This document shows positions 44,478-51,947 of a DNA stretch of 64,000 nt, piece by piece. The notes beneath the pieces are model-generated. The model saw only the letters and a program-made list of their open reading frames with translations, was not told the DNA's origin and made no database searches. The stretch is from Acidimicrobiia bacterium (GTDB lineage: Bacteria > Actinomycetota > Acidimicrobiia > IMCC26256 > JAENVU01). The stretch spans positions 9,940 through 73,939 of the forward strand of contig JANLRZ010000218.1 in NCBI GenBank assembly GCA_031362155.1, read 5' to 3'. Both the position numbers and the translations under genes were made by a program. The stretch's first letter is position 1, and each line of letters begins with the position of its first letter.

Positions 44478-45191
44478 TCAGCGATGCGAGTCGCGCGTGC
44501 GGCGTGGCGACCACTCGGCCCGCTGGGCCATGGCCACCGCGGCGAGCTGGCTGTTGACGCCCAGCTTGGAGAGCAATGCCTTGATATGTGAGCGCACGGT
44601 CGCAACCGACACGAAGCTCTCGTTCGCGATGGTCTCTGCGTTCTTGCCGGCGATGAGGTCTTCGAGCACCTCGGACTCGCGAACCGTCAGCCGTTCGAAC
44701 GGTGCGAGGCGCTCGCCTTCCGCGGCGCGGTGTTCCCGAAGGTCCGCGAGCAAACGTTCGCGGCTACCGGCACTGAGAATGCGACGACCGTCGACGACGT
44801 CGCCGACATGTTCGATCAATCGCTCGAAGGGCTCGCTTTTGCTGATGATGCCGACAGCCCCGGCCTCGACGCATTGCGCCAACGAAATCGGGTTGGTCTC
44901 GCCGGTCAACATCACGACACGGAAGCCGAGTTCGGTGATGGGACGTACGAGATCAAGGCCGAGCCCCGCACTCCCGAGGTCGAAGTCGAGCAGCACAAAG
45001 TGCAGGTCGAGCGAGCGCAGCGACTGCAGGACCGCGTTCGGCTGGAGGTCGTCGACCACGGTCACGTCGATGCCGAGGTTGGCCAGGGCAAACGCCAACG
45101 ACTGGGCAAGGAGTTCGTGGTCCTCGACGATCGCGAGTCGAGCGGCCTCGACCCCGGCATATCGCCCGCCGAGTACTGACGTCCCGGTCAT
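44478..45191 (-). CDS. NarL/LuxR-family response regulator
   Basis: ATG 45191 overlaps the kinase stop (ATGA). REC domain (LAIVEDHELL, VLLDFDLG, VVMLTG, ISKS) plus C-terminal LuxR HTH (LTVRESEVLEDLIAGKNAETIANESFVSVATVRSHIKALLSKLGV). Confidence 0.85.
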   Translation of the reverse strand: MTGTSVLGGRYAGVEAARLAIVEDHELLAQSLAFALANLGIDVTVVDDLQPNAVLQSLRSLDLHFVLLDFDLGSAGLGLDLVRPITELGFRVVMLTGETNPISLAQCVEAGAVGIISKSEPFERLIEHVGDVVDGRRILSAGSRERLLADLREHRAAEGERLAPFERLTVRESEVLEDLIAGKNAETIANESFVSVATVRSHIKALLSKLGVNSQLAAVAMAQRAEWSPRRTRDSHR

Positions 45192-46744
45192 CGGGCGTCT
45201 CGGATTGACTGGTCGAGGTCCTGTTCCACAGATGTCTCTTCGGCACGTCCGGTGATGACCCTGAGCGCGGGTGCCGCCGGAATCGACACTACGAACGCGG
45301 CACCGCCATGGCTCCCGCCCTCGACCCAGAGGTCCCCGTCCTGGCTGCGCACGAGTTTCCTGGCGACCGCAAGCCCGAGGCCACTCCCGAGCTGGTCGGA
45401 TGGATCGACGCGAAATCCACGTTCGAAGACCTGGTCCCAATGGGCGGGATCGATGCCGGGCCCGGAATCCTCGATACGGATCGCGATCTCGTCGAGCTGA
45501 TGCCGAACTGAGATCCACACCGTCGCACCCGGCGCGTACTTCGCGGCGTTGGCGAGCAGGCCTTCGAGCACCTGCGCGATCTCCGCCGGGCGGCCGAGCG
45601 CGAGGGTCGACCGGTCACGGGTGTACTCGATGCGTTGACCGCCGGCCCGGTGGAGATCGATCGTGGGGAGCAACGCGGTCGTGACATCGAACGCTTCAAC
45701 GCCGACGGCATTCGGCGCTTCGTTCACGAGGGTACGGAGTCGACGAATTTCTGCGATGAGTGCGGCCCGCAGGGTCGCCTCGGCGGTGGGGGCGATCGGG
45801 GAGCTCGATTGTGGTTCCCACGTGGCCACACCACCTTCGATCGCCACCACCGTCGATCGCATCTCGTGCAACCGGTCGGCGAACGACTCTTCGACTCGCC
45901 GGTGGTTGGCAGTCTCACGTGCTCGTTCGATCTGCTCGCGCAGCGCTCGCGTCCGGTGGTGGACTGCCGCGCGTACCAGCCCGCCCAGTGCGCCCACGCA
46001 GGCCATGCCCATCGCCGCTATCTCGAACCAGCGGTCCGCCAGCGCTCCGGACGCAGCGTGATCCAAGGCGAGGGGGACGAGTTCCGCGCCGCCGAGTGCG
46101 AGCGCCACCGGGATGATCCAGCCGGCCTCGGCATCCTGACCCGAGTCGCGCTGACGTAAGGCAGCGAGAGCGGCGATGAGTACCCACGCGAGGCCGACGA
46201 TGGCCAACTCCGCGTCATGACGTCCGGGTATCCGTTGGACGACAACGACAGTGGCGAATGCAATCGCAACTCCACTGGCCGCGATCGTCAGTGAACTGGT
46301 CAACCGGATCGACGCGTCGATTTCCGGTCCGAGCACCGCTCGGGCGAAGAGCGCGAGGCTCAGCACGACCGATCCGAGTTCGATGCCGACGCTCGTCGAC
46401 GTCATGAACGGCTGGAGTGCCAACTGTCCGACGCCCAAGACAATCAGACCCCAGCCGCACCACCACCCGCGTGCGACCCCGTCGATTCGCCAGCGCAGGA
46501 TGCAGGCGACACCGGCGAGAAGGGCCAGGGTGGCCGCGATCGCGCCTAGCTCCTCGAGGGTGACGCGACCGACCGTCCACCTCGCATTGCCGGCCACCGT
46601 GATCCAGAGCACGGCGACGATCACGAGGATCACGGAGGGGAGGGCGGCGGGAATGACGAATCGGGCGACGCCGCGACGGTCCGGACCGCGGTACGGCTTC
46701 GGGCGGGTCGGGGATGCAGTGTCCGGATTGTGGCGCGCGCTCAC
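45188..46744 (-). CDS. Membrane sensor histidine kinase (multi-TMS N-terminal sensor)
   Basis: About 8 hydrophobic segments. H-box region FADRLHEMRSTVVAIEG. HATPase motifs LLANAAKYA, DSGPGIDP, GSGLGLAVARKLV. Confidence 0.85.
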   Translation of the reverse strand: MSARHNPDTASPTRPKPYRGPDRRGVARFVIPAALPSVILVIVAVLWITVAGNARWTVGRVTLEELGAIAATLALLAGVACILRWRIDGVARGWWCGWGLIVLGVGQLALQPFMTSTSVGIELGSVVLSLALFARAVLGPEIDASIRLTSSLTIAASGVAIAFATVVVVQRIPGRHDAELAIVGLAWVLIAALAALRQRDSGQDAEAGWIIPVALALGGAELVPLALDHAASGALADRWFEIAAMGMACVGALGGLVRAAVHHRTRALREQIERARETANHRRVEESFADRLHEMRSTVVAIEGGVATWEPQSSSPIAPTAEATLRAALIAEIRRLRTLVNEAPNAVGVEAFDVTTALLPTIDLHRAGGQRIEYTRDRSTLALGRPAEIAQVLEGLLANAAKYAPGATVWISVRHQLDEIAIRIEDSGPGIDPAHWDQVFERGFRVDPSDQLGSGLGLAVARKLVRSQDGDLWVEGGSHGGAAFVVSIPAAPALRVITGRAEETSVEQDLDQSIRDAR

Positions 46745-46844
46745 TGCGTCTCCTCGGGCCAGCGCTCAGAACTCTCCCCGGTGGTATCGACACTGGTATC
46801 GCCGGACCTGAGGACCCGCTGACGGGCCGCCTCGTTCCGCAGGG

Positions 46845-47000
46845 TCGGCGCCGATGCGCGGCATCGGGCGTACTGATCTGGGTGTGCCCTCGGCAGGATT
46901 CGAACCTGCGCACACGGGGCTCGGATTTCGGCGCCGATGCGCGGCATCGGGCGTACTGATCTGGGTGTGCCCTCGGCAGGATTCGAACCTGCGCACACGG
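46845..47000. repeat. Perfect 73-bp tandem direct repeat (46845-46917 and 46928-47000, period 83 bp) carrying the 3' 33 nt of tRNA-Arg plus 40 bp of its 3' flank
   Basis: Both copies read tcggcgccgatgcgcggcatcgggcgtactgatctgggtgtgccctcggcaggattcgaacctgcgcacacgg (checked base by base). Each copy contains the hairpin ccgatgc-gcg-gcatcgg. The repeat edge falls at tRNA nt 40, just 3' of the anticodon loop. Confidence 0.9.
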
Positions 47001-47039
47001 CTCCGGAGGCCGATGCTCTATCCCCTGAGCTACGAGGGC
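46968..47039 (-). tRNA. tRNA-Arg (anticodon CCG)
   Basis: Reverse complement: GCCCTCG TA GCTC AGGGGATA GAGC A TCGGC CTCCGGA GCCGT GTGC GCAGG TTCGAAT CCTGC CGAGGGC A. The acceptor stem is a perfect 7 bp, with a T-loop TTCGAAT and anticodon CCG. There is one U:U at pair 27:43. CCA is not encoded. Confidence 0.9.
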
Positions 47040-47106
47040 GGGAAGGCGGGCGACACTACCAAGCTCGCGGCGCGCGGCTGCGAGCGAAGGTGGTCGGCCG
47101 AGCCGA

Positions 47107-47817
47107 TCAGGCCGGTTCGGTCGGGGTGAGGTGCGCTTCGAGCGAGCGGTTCAGTGCGTGGAGGGTGGCGCGGGCGGCGGCTTCGATCCGGCTCCCGCCG
47201 GCGGCGATCCCGAGGCGCGTGGTGTCGTCGGCATGGACGGAGACCGCGATGACGTAGACGCCGTCGGTGTCCTGATCGGCAAGTTCGTTGGTCCAGTCGA
47301 TCGCGGTGGTCAGGTCGGACGCGAAGGATCGCAGCCCTTCGAGGGTCGCGTTCGCGGCGCCGGCGATGCCCGCGCTCGCTGCGGCCCGGCCGATGATGCG
47401 GCGGCCGCCGAAGGTCAGATGCACTTCGAGTTCGTCGGTGTCGGGAAAGGTCAGGACCGCGAGGAGGCGAATCCGTGACCTCGGCCCGGTGTCGTTCGCC
47501 GACGCTTCGCCGTCAGTGCTGCTCGTCCCCGCGGCAGGAGGGTCGATCACTGCCGGGCCAATGGTCGTCGGCTCCGGAGGGGCGGCGGGGGCGGGCACTT
47601 CTACGGTGCGCCAGCGGACGATCTCGAGTGCGACGGGCTTGTCGGCGTGGCGGTACGCAATGCGCGCCGCTTGCTGAGGGAGGGTCGCCGGCGGTTGGTC
47701 GCCCTGCACCTGGACCTGCACCAGGAGCATGTCGTCGCGCTCGGTGAACCCGGCGGCGCGCACGCCGGGCAGCTTGCGGAGTTCGAGTTCGAGGTCGTCG
47801 AGCTGGGAGGGTTCCAC
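47107..47817 (-). CDS. Hypothetical protein (236 aa), two small domains joined by a Pro/Ala-rich linker; co-operonic with the GGDEF gene
   Basis: GTG 47817, 1 nt after the GGDEF stop, with GAAGGA 7 nt upstream. N-terminal domain LELELRKLPGVRAAGFTERDDMLLVQVQV, linker PAPAAPPEPTTIGPAVIDPPAAG, C-terminal domain RLLAVLTFPDTDELEVHLTFGGRRIIGRAAA.... No family recognised. The N-terminal 128 aa of ORF 47107..48201 are antisense/out-of-frame to the GGDEF gene. Confidence 0.5.
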   Translation of the reverse strand: MEPSQLDDLELELRKLPGVRAAGFTERDDMLLVQVQVQGDQPPATLPQQAARIAYRHADKPVALEIVRWRTVEVPAPAAPPEPTTIGPAVIDPPAAGTSSTDGEASANDTGPRSRIRLLAVLTFPDTDELEVHLTFGGRRIIGRAAASAGIAGAANATLEGLRSFASDLTTAIDWTNELADQDTDGVYVIAVSVHADDTTRLGIAAGGSRIEAAARATLHALNRSLEAHLTPTEPA

Positions 47818-47818
47818 G

Positions 47819-48703
47819 TCAGCGTCCTTCGTGACGAGCAGCTTTGGCCTCGTAGAGGCGCTGGTCGGCCAGGGCGACGAGCGCCTCGGCGCTTTCGGCT
47901 TCGGTGGGACACTGGGCAACGCCGTAGGAGAACGGCGGGCAGCTCCGTTCGCCGACTCGCGATGCGCCGATGCGTTCGAGCAGCGGTGGCACGTCGTCGG
48001 GGTCGGTGCTCGGCAGGATGAGCGCAAACTCGTCGCCGCCGATCCGGGCCGCGTTGTCGCCGAAGCGAAGGACTCGGCGGAATCGCTCGCCGAGGGCCCG
48101 CAGCGCGGCGTCCCCGGCCGGGTGGCCGTCGGTGTCGTTGATCTGTTTGAGGTCGTCGAGGTCGATGAGCACGAGCGTGAACGGCCAGCGGTACCGCACA
48201 CTGCGGGCGGTCGACATCTCGAGCAGCCGGTCGAACGTCCGCCGGTCGAAGAGGCCGGTCAGCGGGTCGTGCCAGGAGTCGTAGCGGAGGACTTCCATTC
48301 GTAACGCCACGACGCAGAGGCTCACGACGAGCGCACCGTCGACCGCCGCCGGATCGAGCGCGGGTTCGGTATAGAGGCCGGGGGCGGCATCGAGGAGGGC
48401 CTCACCGCCAGGATCGTCGAGGGGCTTGCGGCCCGCCCGGAACACCTGTCGGCCCAGCCCGGCTTCGTCGATCACAACCGCCGCGTCGACCAGATCGTGC
48501 TCGGCCACCAAGGTGTCGAGCGCGTGGTAGATGATCGAGAGCCCGCTCTGCGTGCTGGTCAGACTGTTGACCAACTCGCCGCCCAGGCCGGTCACCGCAG
48601 GACCTCCGGCCATGGGGATGAAGAGGTGCTCGTCGGGAAGGGGATCGCCCTCGACAGGCAACAGCGCGGCGAGTCCGCGTCCGAGACCACCCTGTCGTGC
48701 CAC
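47819..48703 (-). CDS. GGDEF-domain diguanylate cyclase with unknown N-terminal domain and a ParB-like N-terminal GLGRGL peptide
   Basis: DPLTGLFDRR, DLDDLKQINDTDGHPAGD, RIGGDEFALIL (intact GGDEF). Start preferred at GTG 48703 (GGGAGG 6 nt upstream), giving M-ARQGGLGRGLAALLP...; ATG 48727 is the alternative. Confidence 0.85.
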   Translation of the reverse strand: MARQGGLGRGLAALLPVEGDPLPDEHLFIPMAGGPAVTGLGGELVNSLTSTQSGLSIIYHALDTLVAEHDLVDAAVVIDEAGLGRQVFRAGRKPLDDPGGEALLDAAPGLYTEPALDPAAVDGALVVSLCVVALRMEVLRYDSWHDPLTGLFDRRTFDRLLEMSTARSVRYRWPFTLVLIDLDDLKQINDTDGHPAGDAALRALGERFRRVLRFGDNAARIGGDEFALILPSTDPDDVPPLLERIGASRVGERSCPPFSYGVAQCPTEAESAEALVALADQRLYEAKAARHEGR

Positions 48704-48960
48704 GAAGTTCCTCCCATTCGGCCCCATCGGCGCTGTCGTGTCACGCTCTGCCGCCCCTACGTGATCAGTGTCGGACCGTTCTGTCCCCGGACCGGCAGCT
48801 TGTGCAGATTATCCGCCACGCGCGGTGCTCGCGTCATCGGTCCTCGGCACTCCTCGCGACCGGACATCCCACGCAGCGGTTCACCACCAAAGGCATCGGG
48901 GCGGAGCGATGGCGTGTGCGATGCTGACCGGCTCCCGCCGCCGACCCAACTGTGTGACTC

Positions 48961-50661
48961 GTGATTGCCGACGATCTTGCTGCCGCGTTGCACGCCGCCC
49001 TCGATCGGGCCGACCTGCCGGTGCCCGCCGGCGGGGTCGAGGTGGTGCCGGCGAAACACCGCGACCACGGAGATTGGCAGACGAATGTCGCGCTGGTGTT
49101 GGCGAAACCGGTCGGCGCGTCGCCCCGAGAGGTGGCCGCCCGGGTGGTCGCCGCGCTCGAGACGGCGATGCCGCCCCACGTCGAACGACTCGACATCGCC
49201 GGCCCGGGTTTCGTCAACTTCTTTCTGGCGCCTACCTGGCTGCACGACGTCGTGCGAGCCGCGGTCACCGCGGGCGTCCGGTTCGGGCACGGCGACGCGG
49301 CGGCGGGTCAGCGCATCAACCTCGAGTTCGTCTCCGCGAACCCGACGGGTCCGCTCCATGCGGGCGGCGGTCGGTGGGTCATGGTGGGCGACGCGATCGC
49401 CAACCTGCTCGCCGCGCAAGGTGCCGAGGTGCACCGCGAGTACTACCTGAACGACGCCGGGTCGCAGCTCGAAACCTTCACGGCCTCGCTGCTCGCCCGG
49501 TACGAAGGGACCGACCCGCCCGAGAATGGCTACCAAGGGGCCTATCTCGTACAGATGGCCGCCGAGCTGCGCGCCGAACTCGGCGACGACGTCACCGCGG
49601 CGCAGGCGCAGGAGTGGGGGTACGCGCAGGTCTTGGCGAGTCTGCGGGGCGATCTGGCGCGCGTCGGTGTGGAGTTCGACACCTGGTTCTCGGAGCGCAC
49701 GCTCCACGAGCGCGGTGACGTGGCCGCGGTGCTCGACGCGCTGCGCGCGGGCGGGCACACCTATGAGAAGGACGGCGCGGAATGGCTGGCGAGCGAGGCG
49801 CTCGGGGACCAACGCGACCGAGTGCTCGTGCGCAGCACCGGCACCACCACCTACCTCACCAACGACCTCGCCTATCACCGCGACAAAGTCGCACGCGGGT
49901 GGGATCACCTCATCGACATCTGGGGCGCCGATCACCACGGCCAGGTGAAGTCACTCCAAGTCGGTCTGCGCGCGCTCGGTCTCGGAACTGATGCCCAGCC
50001 CGAACCGGAGATCATCCTCGGGCAGCTCGTCACCCTCGTGAAGGGCGGTGACGTCGTGCGGATCTCGAAGCGGACCGGCAACATCATCACGCTGGCCGAC
50101 ATCCTCGACGAGGTCGATCCCGATGTCGCCCGGCTCACCTTCCTCTTGCAAGGCATCGACACGGCACAGACGTTCGACCTCGACGTCGTGACCTCGCAGT
50201 CGATGGAGAACCCCGTCTATTACGTGCAGTACGCCCACGCTCGGGTTGCCTCGATCGCCCGCCGCGCCGATGAGGCCGGTATCACCCGGCTGCCGCTCGC
50301 CGACGTCGACCTCACGCTCCTCGTCCACGAACGTGAACTCGACCTGTTGCGCTCACTTGCCGAATACCCCGAGACACTCCGCGCCGCGGCCGAACTGCGG
50401 GCACCGCACCGGCTGACGACCTGGGTCCGTGAGTTCGCGGCGCGCTTCCACGGCTTCTATCGCGACTGCCGGGTCATGACTGACGACGTTGCACTCACCC
50501 AGGCCCGCCTCTGGTTGGCCGAGGCGACCCGGGTCGGGCTCTCGAATGCGCTCGACCTCCTGGGGGTGAGCGCGCCCGATGTGATGGAGCGCCTCGACGG
50601 TGACGGCGACGGTGACGGCGATGCCGACGGCGATGCCGACGGCGAGGATGTGAACGCGTGA
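48961..50661 (+). CDS. argS: Arginine--tRNA ligase, with an unusual acidic C-terminal extension
   Basis: Class I motifs SANPTGPLHAGG (HIGH-like) and ISKRTG (KMSK-like), plus an anticodon-binding DALR region. It ends ...LLGVSAPDVM followed by ERLDGDGDGDGDADGDADGEDVNA. Confidence 0.95.
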   Translation: MIADDLAAALHAALDRADLPVPAGGVEVVPAKHRDHGDWQTNVALVLAKPVGASPREVAARVVAALETAMPPHVERLDIAGPGFVNFFLAPTWLHDVVRAAVTAGVRFGHGDAAAGQRINLEFVSANPTGPLHAGGGRWVMVGDAIANLLAAQGAEVHREYYLNDAGSQLETFTASLLARYEGTDPPENGYQGAYLVQMAAELRAELGDDVTAAQAQEWGYAQVLASLRGDLARVGVEFDTWFSERTLHERGDVAAVLDALRAGGHTYEKDGAEWLASEALGDQRDRVLVRSTGTTTYLTNDLAYHRDKVARGWDHLIDIWGADHHGQVKSLQVGLRALGLGTDAQPEPEIILGQLVTLVKGGDVVRISKRTGNIITLADILDEVDPDVARLTFLLQGIDTAQTFDLDVVTSQSMENPVYYVQYAHARVASIARRADEAGITRLPLADVDLTLLVHERELDLLRSLAEYPETLRAAAELRAPHRLTTWVREFAARFHGFYRDCRVMTDDVALTQARLWLAEATRVGLSNALDLLGVSAPDVMERLDGDGDGDGDADGDADGEDVNA

Positions 50662-51917
50662 GTGGTGTGCCGGACGGGGCGAGCGGGCCCGTCGACCAGA
50701 CGCTCCTGCCCGCGGGTCTGGCCGGTCTGGATCTCGACGCGATCGCGGCGGAGTTCGGGACGCCCACGTTCGTGTACGACGAGGGTCACCTGCGCGCCCG
50801 CTGTCAGGAGTACCTGGCGAACTTCGGCGCCGACCACGTGGCCTACGCGGGGAAGGCGTTCCTGTGCACTGCGATGGTGCGCCTCATTGCCGAGGAGGGC
50901 CTCCATCTCGATGTGGCCACGGGCGGTGAGCTTCACGTTGCGAGGCACGCAGGGTTCCCGGCCGAGCGGTTGGTCTTCCACGGCAACAACAAGAGCGATG
51001 CCGAGATCGCCGCCGCGACCACAGCGGGCGTCGGCCGCATCGTGGCCGACTCGTTCGACGAGCTGGATCGCCTCGAGTCGAGCGGCTTCCGGGGCGACGT
51101 CCTCGTGCGGGTCACGCCCGGAGTCGAAGCGCATACCCACGAGTACATCCAGACCGGCACCGACGACTCGAAGTTCGGATTCACGGTGTCGACGGGCGCG
51201 GCCGCCGACGCCGTCGCCCGGGTCGTGCGGTCGAGCGCACTGCGCTTCGGCGGCATCCACGCGCACATCGGCTCCCAGGTGTTCCGGCTCGATTCCTACG
51301 CGCAGGCGGCGGCGGTCGTCGGCCGGTTCGCCGACGATTGCGAACGCGCCACTGGTGCGGAGATCCCACTGGTGAACCTGGGCGGCGGCCTGGGTGCGCG
51401 CTATCTCAACTCCGACCCGGACCCGTCGGTATCCGAGTACGCCGCGGCGTTGCGGACGGGACTCGGTGACCGCCCGATGATGGTGGAGCCCGGTCGGTCG
51501 ATCGCGGCCGCGGCGGCGCTCACTCTCTATCGGGTTGGGACCGTCAAGACCATTCCCGGTGGCCGTACCTACGTGGCGGTCGACGGTGGCATGAGCGACA
51601 ACCCGCGGCCGGTGCTCTACGGCGCCGGGTACGAGGCTTACCTCGCCGATCGGCCCGAGGCGGCCCGTCCGCTGGCGGTCGCGGTCGCGGGCAAGCACTG
51701 TGAGCAAGGCGACGTCATCGTGCCCGACGGATTCCTGCCCGCCAACGTGGCCGTCGGCGACCTGCTCGTGACTCCGGTCACCGGGGCCTACGGCTACTCG
51801 ATGGCCAGCAACTACAACAAGGTCCCGCGTCCGGCGGTGCTGTTCGTCCGGGATGGTCAAGCTCGGGTCGTCGTACGTCGAGAGACCCTGGATGACCTCA
51901 TTCGTTTGGACGCGTAA
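50658..51917 (+). CDS. lysA: Diaminopimelate decarboxylase
   Basis: TPTFVYDE, YAGKAF (PLP Lys), HIGSQ, GGGLG, EPGRSI, GAYG. GTG overlaps the argS stop (GTGA). Confidence 0.93.
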   Translation: MSGVPDGASGPVDQTLLPAGLAGLDLDAIAAEFGTPTFVYDEGHLRARCQEYLANFGADHVAYAGKAFLCTAMVRLIAEEGLHLDVATGGELHVARHAGFPAERLVFHGNNKSDAEIAAATTAGVGRIVADSFDELDRLESSGFRGDVLVRVTPGVEAHTHEYIQTGTDDSKFGFTVSTGAAADAVARVVRSSALRFGGIHAHIGSQVFRLDSYAQAAAVVGRFADDCERATGAEIPLVNLGGGLGARYLNSDPDPSVSEYAAALRTGLGDRPMMVEPGRSIAAAAALTLYRVGTVKTIPGGRTYVAVDGGMSDNPRPVLYGAGYEAYLADRPEAARPLAVAVAGKHCEQGDVIVPDGFLPANVAVGDLLVTPVTGAYGYSMASNYNKVPRPAVLFVRDGQARVVVRRETLDDLIRLDA

Positions 51918-51947
51918 CTTGAAGGTGCCCGTGCGAGACTCGGTGTC

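Noticed and set aside
46845-46927. Left copy of the duplication as a second tRNA gene, and the ORFs 46741..46998 / 46766..46996 / 46854..47129 / 46937..47257 across it
   Set aside because: The left copy has only tRNA nt 40-72. The sequence 5' of it cannot form an acceptor, D or anticodon arm. The small ORFs are by-products of the duplicated tRNA sequence.
46845-47000. Possible CRISPR array or mobile element
   Set aside because: There are only two repeat copies, with a 10-bp 'spacer' and no cas genes. No integrase, transposase or inverted terminal repeats were found, so I do not call a mobile element.
48728-48960. Possible T-box or other riboswitch in the 233-bp region upstream of argS
   Set aside because: I could not find a specifier/T-box consensus or a terminator-antiterminator pair by eye. 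The region is more simply a divergent promoter for argS and the GGDEF gene.
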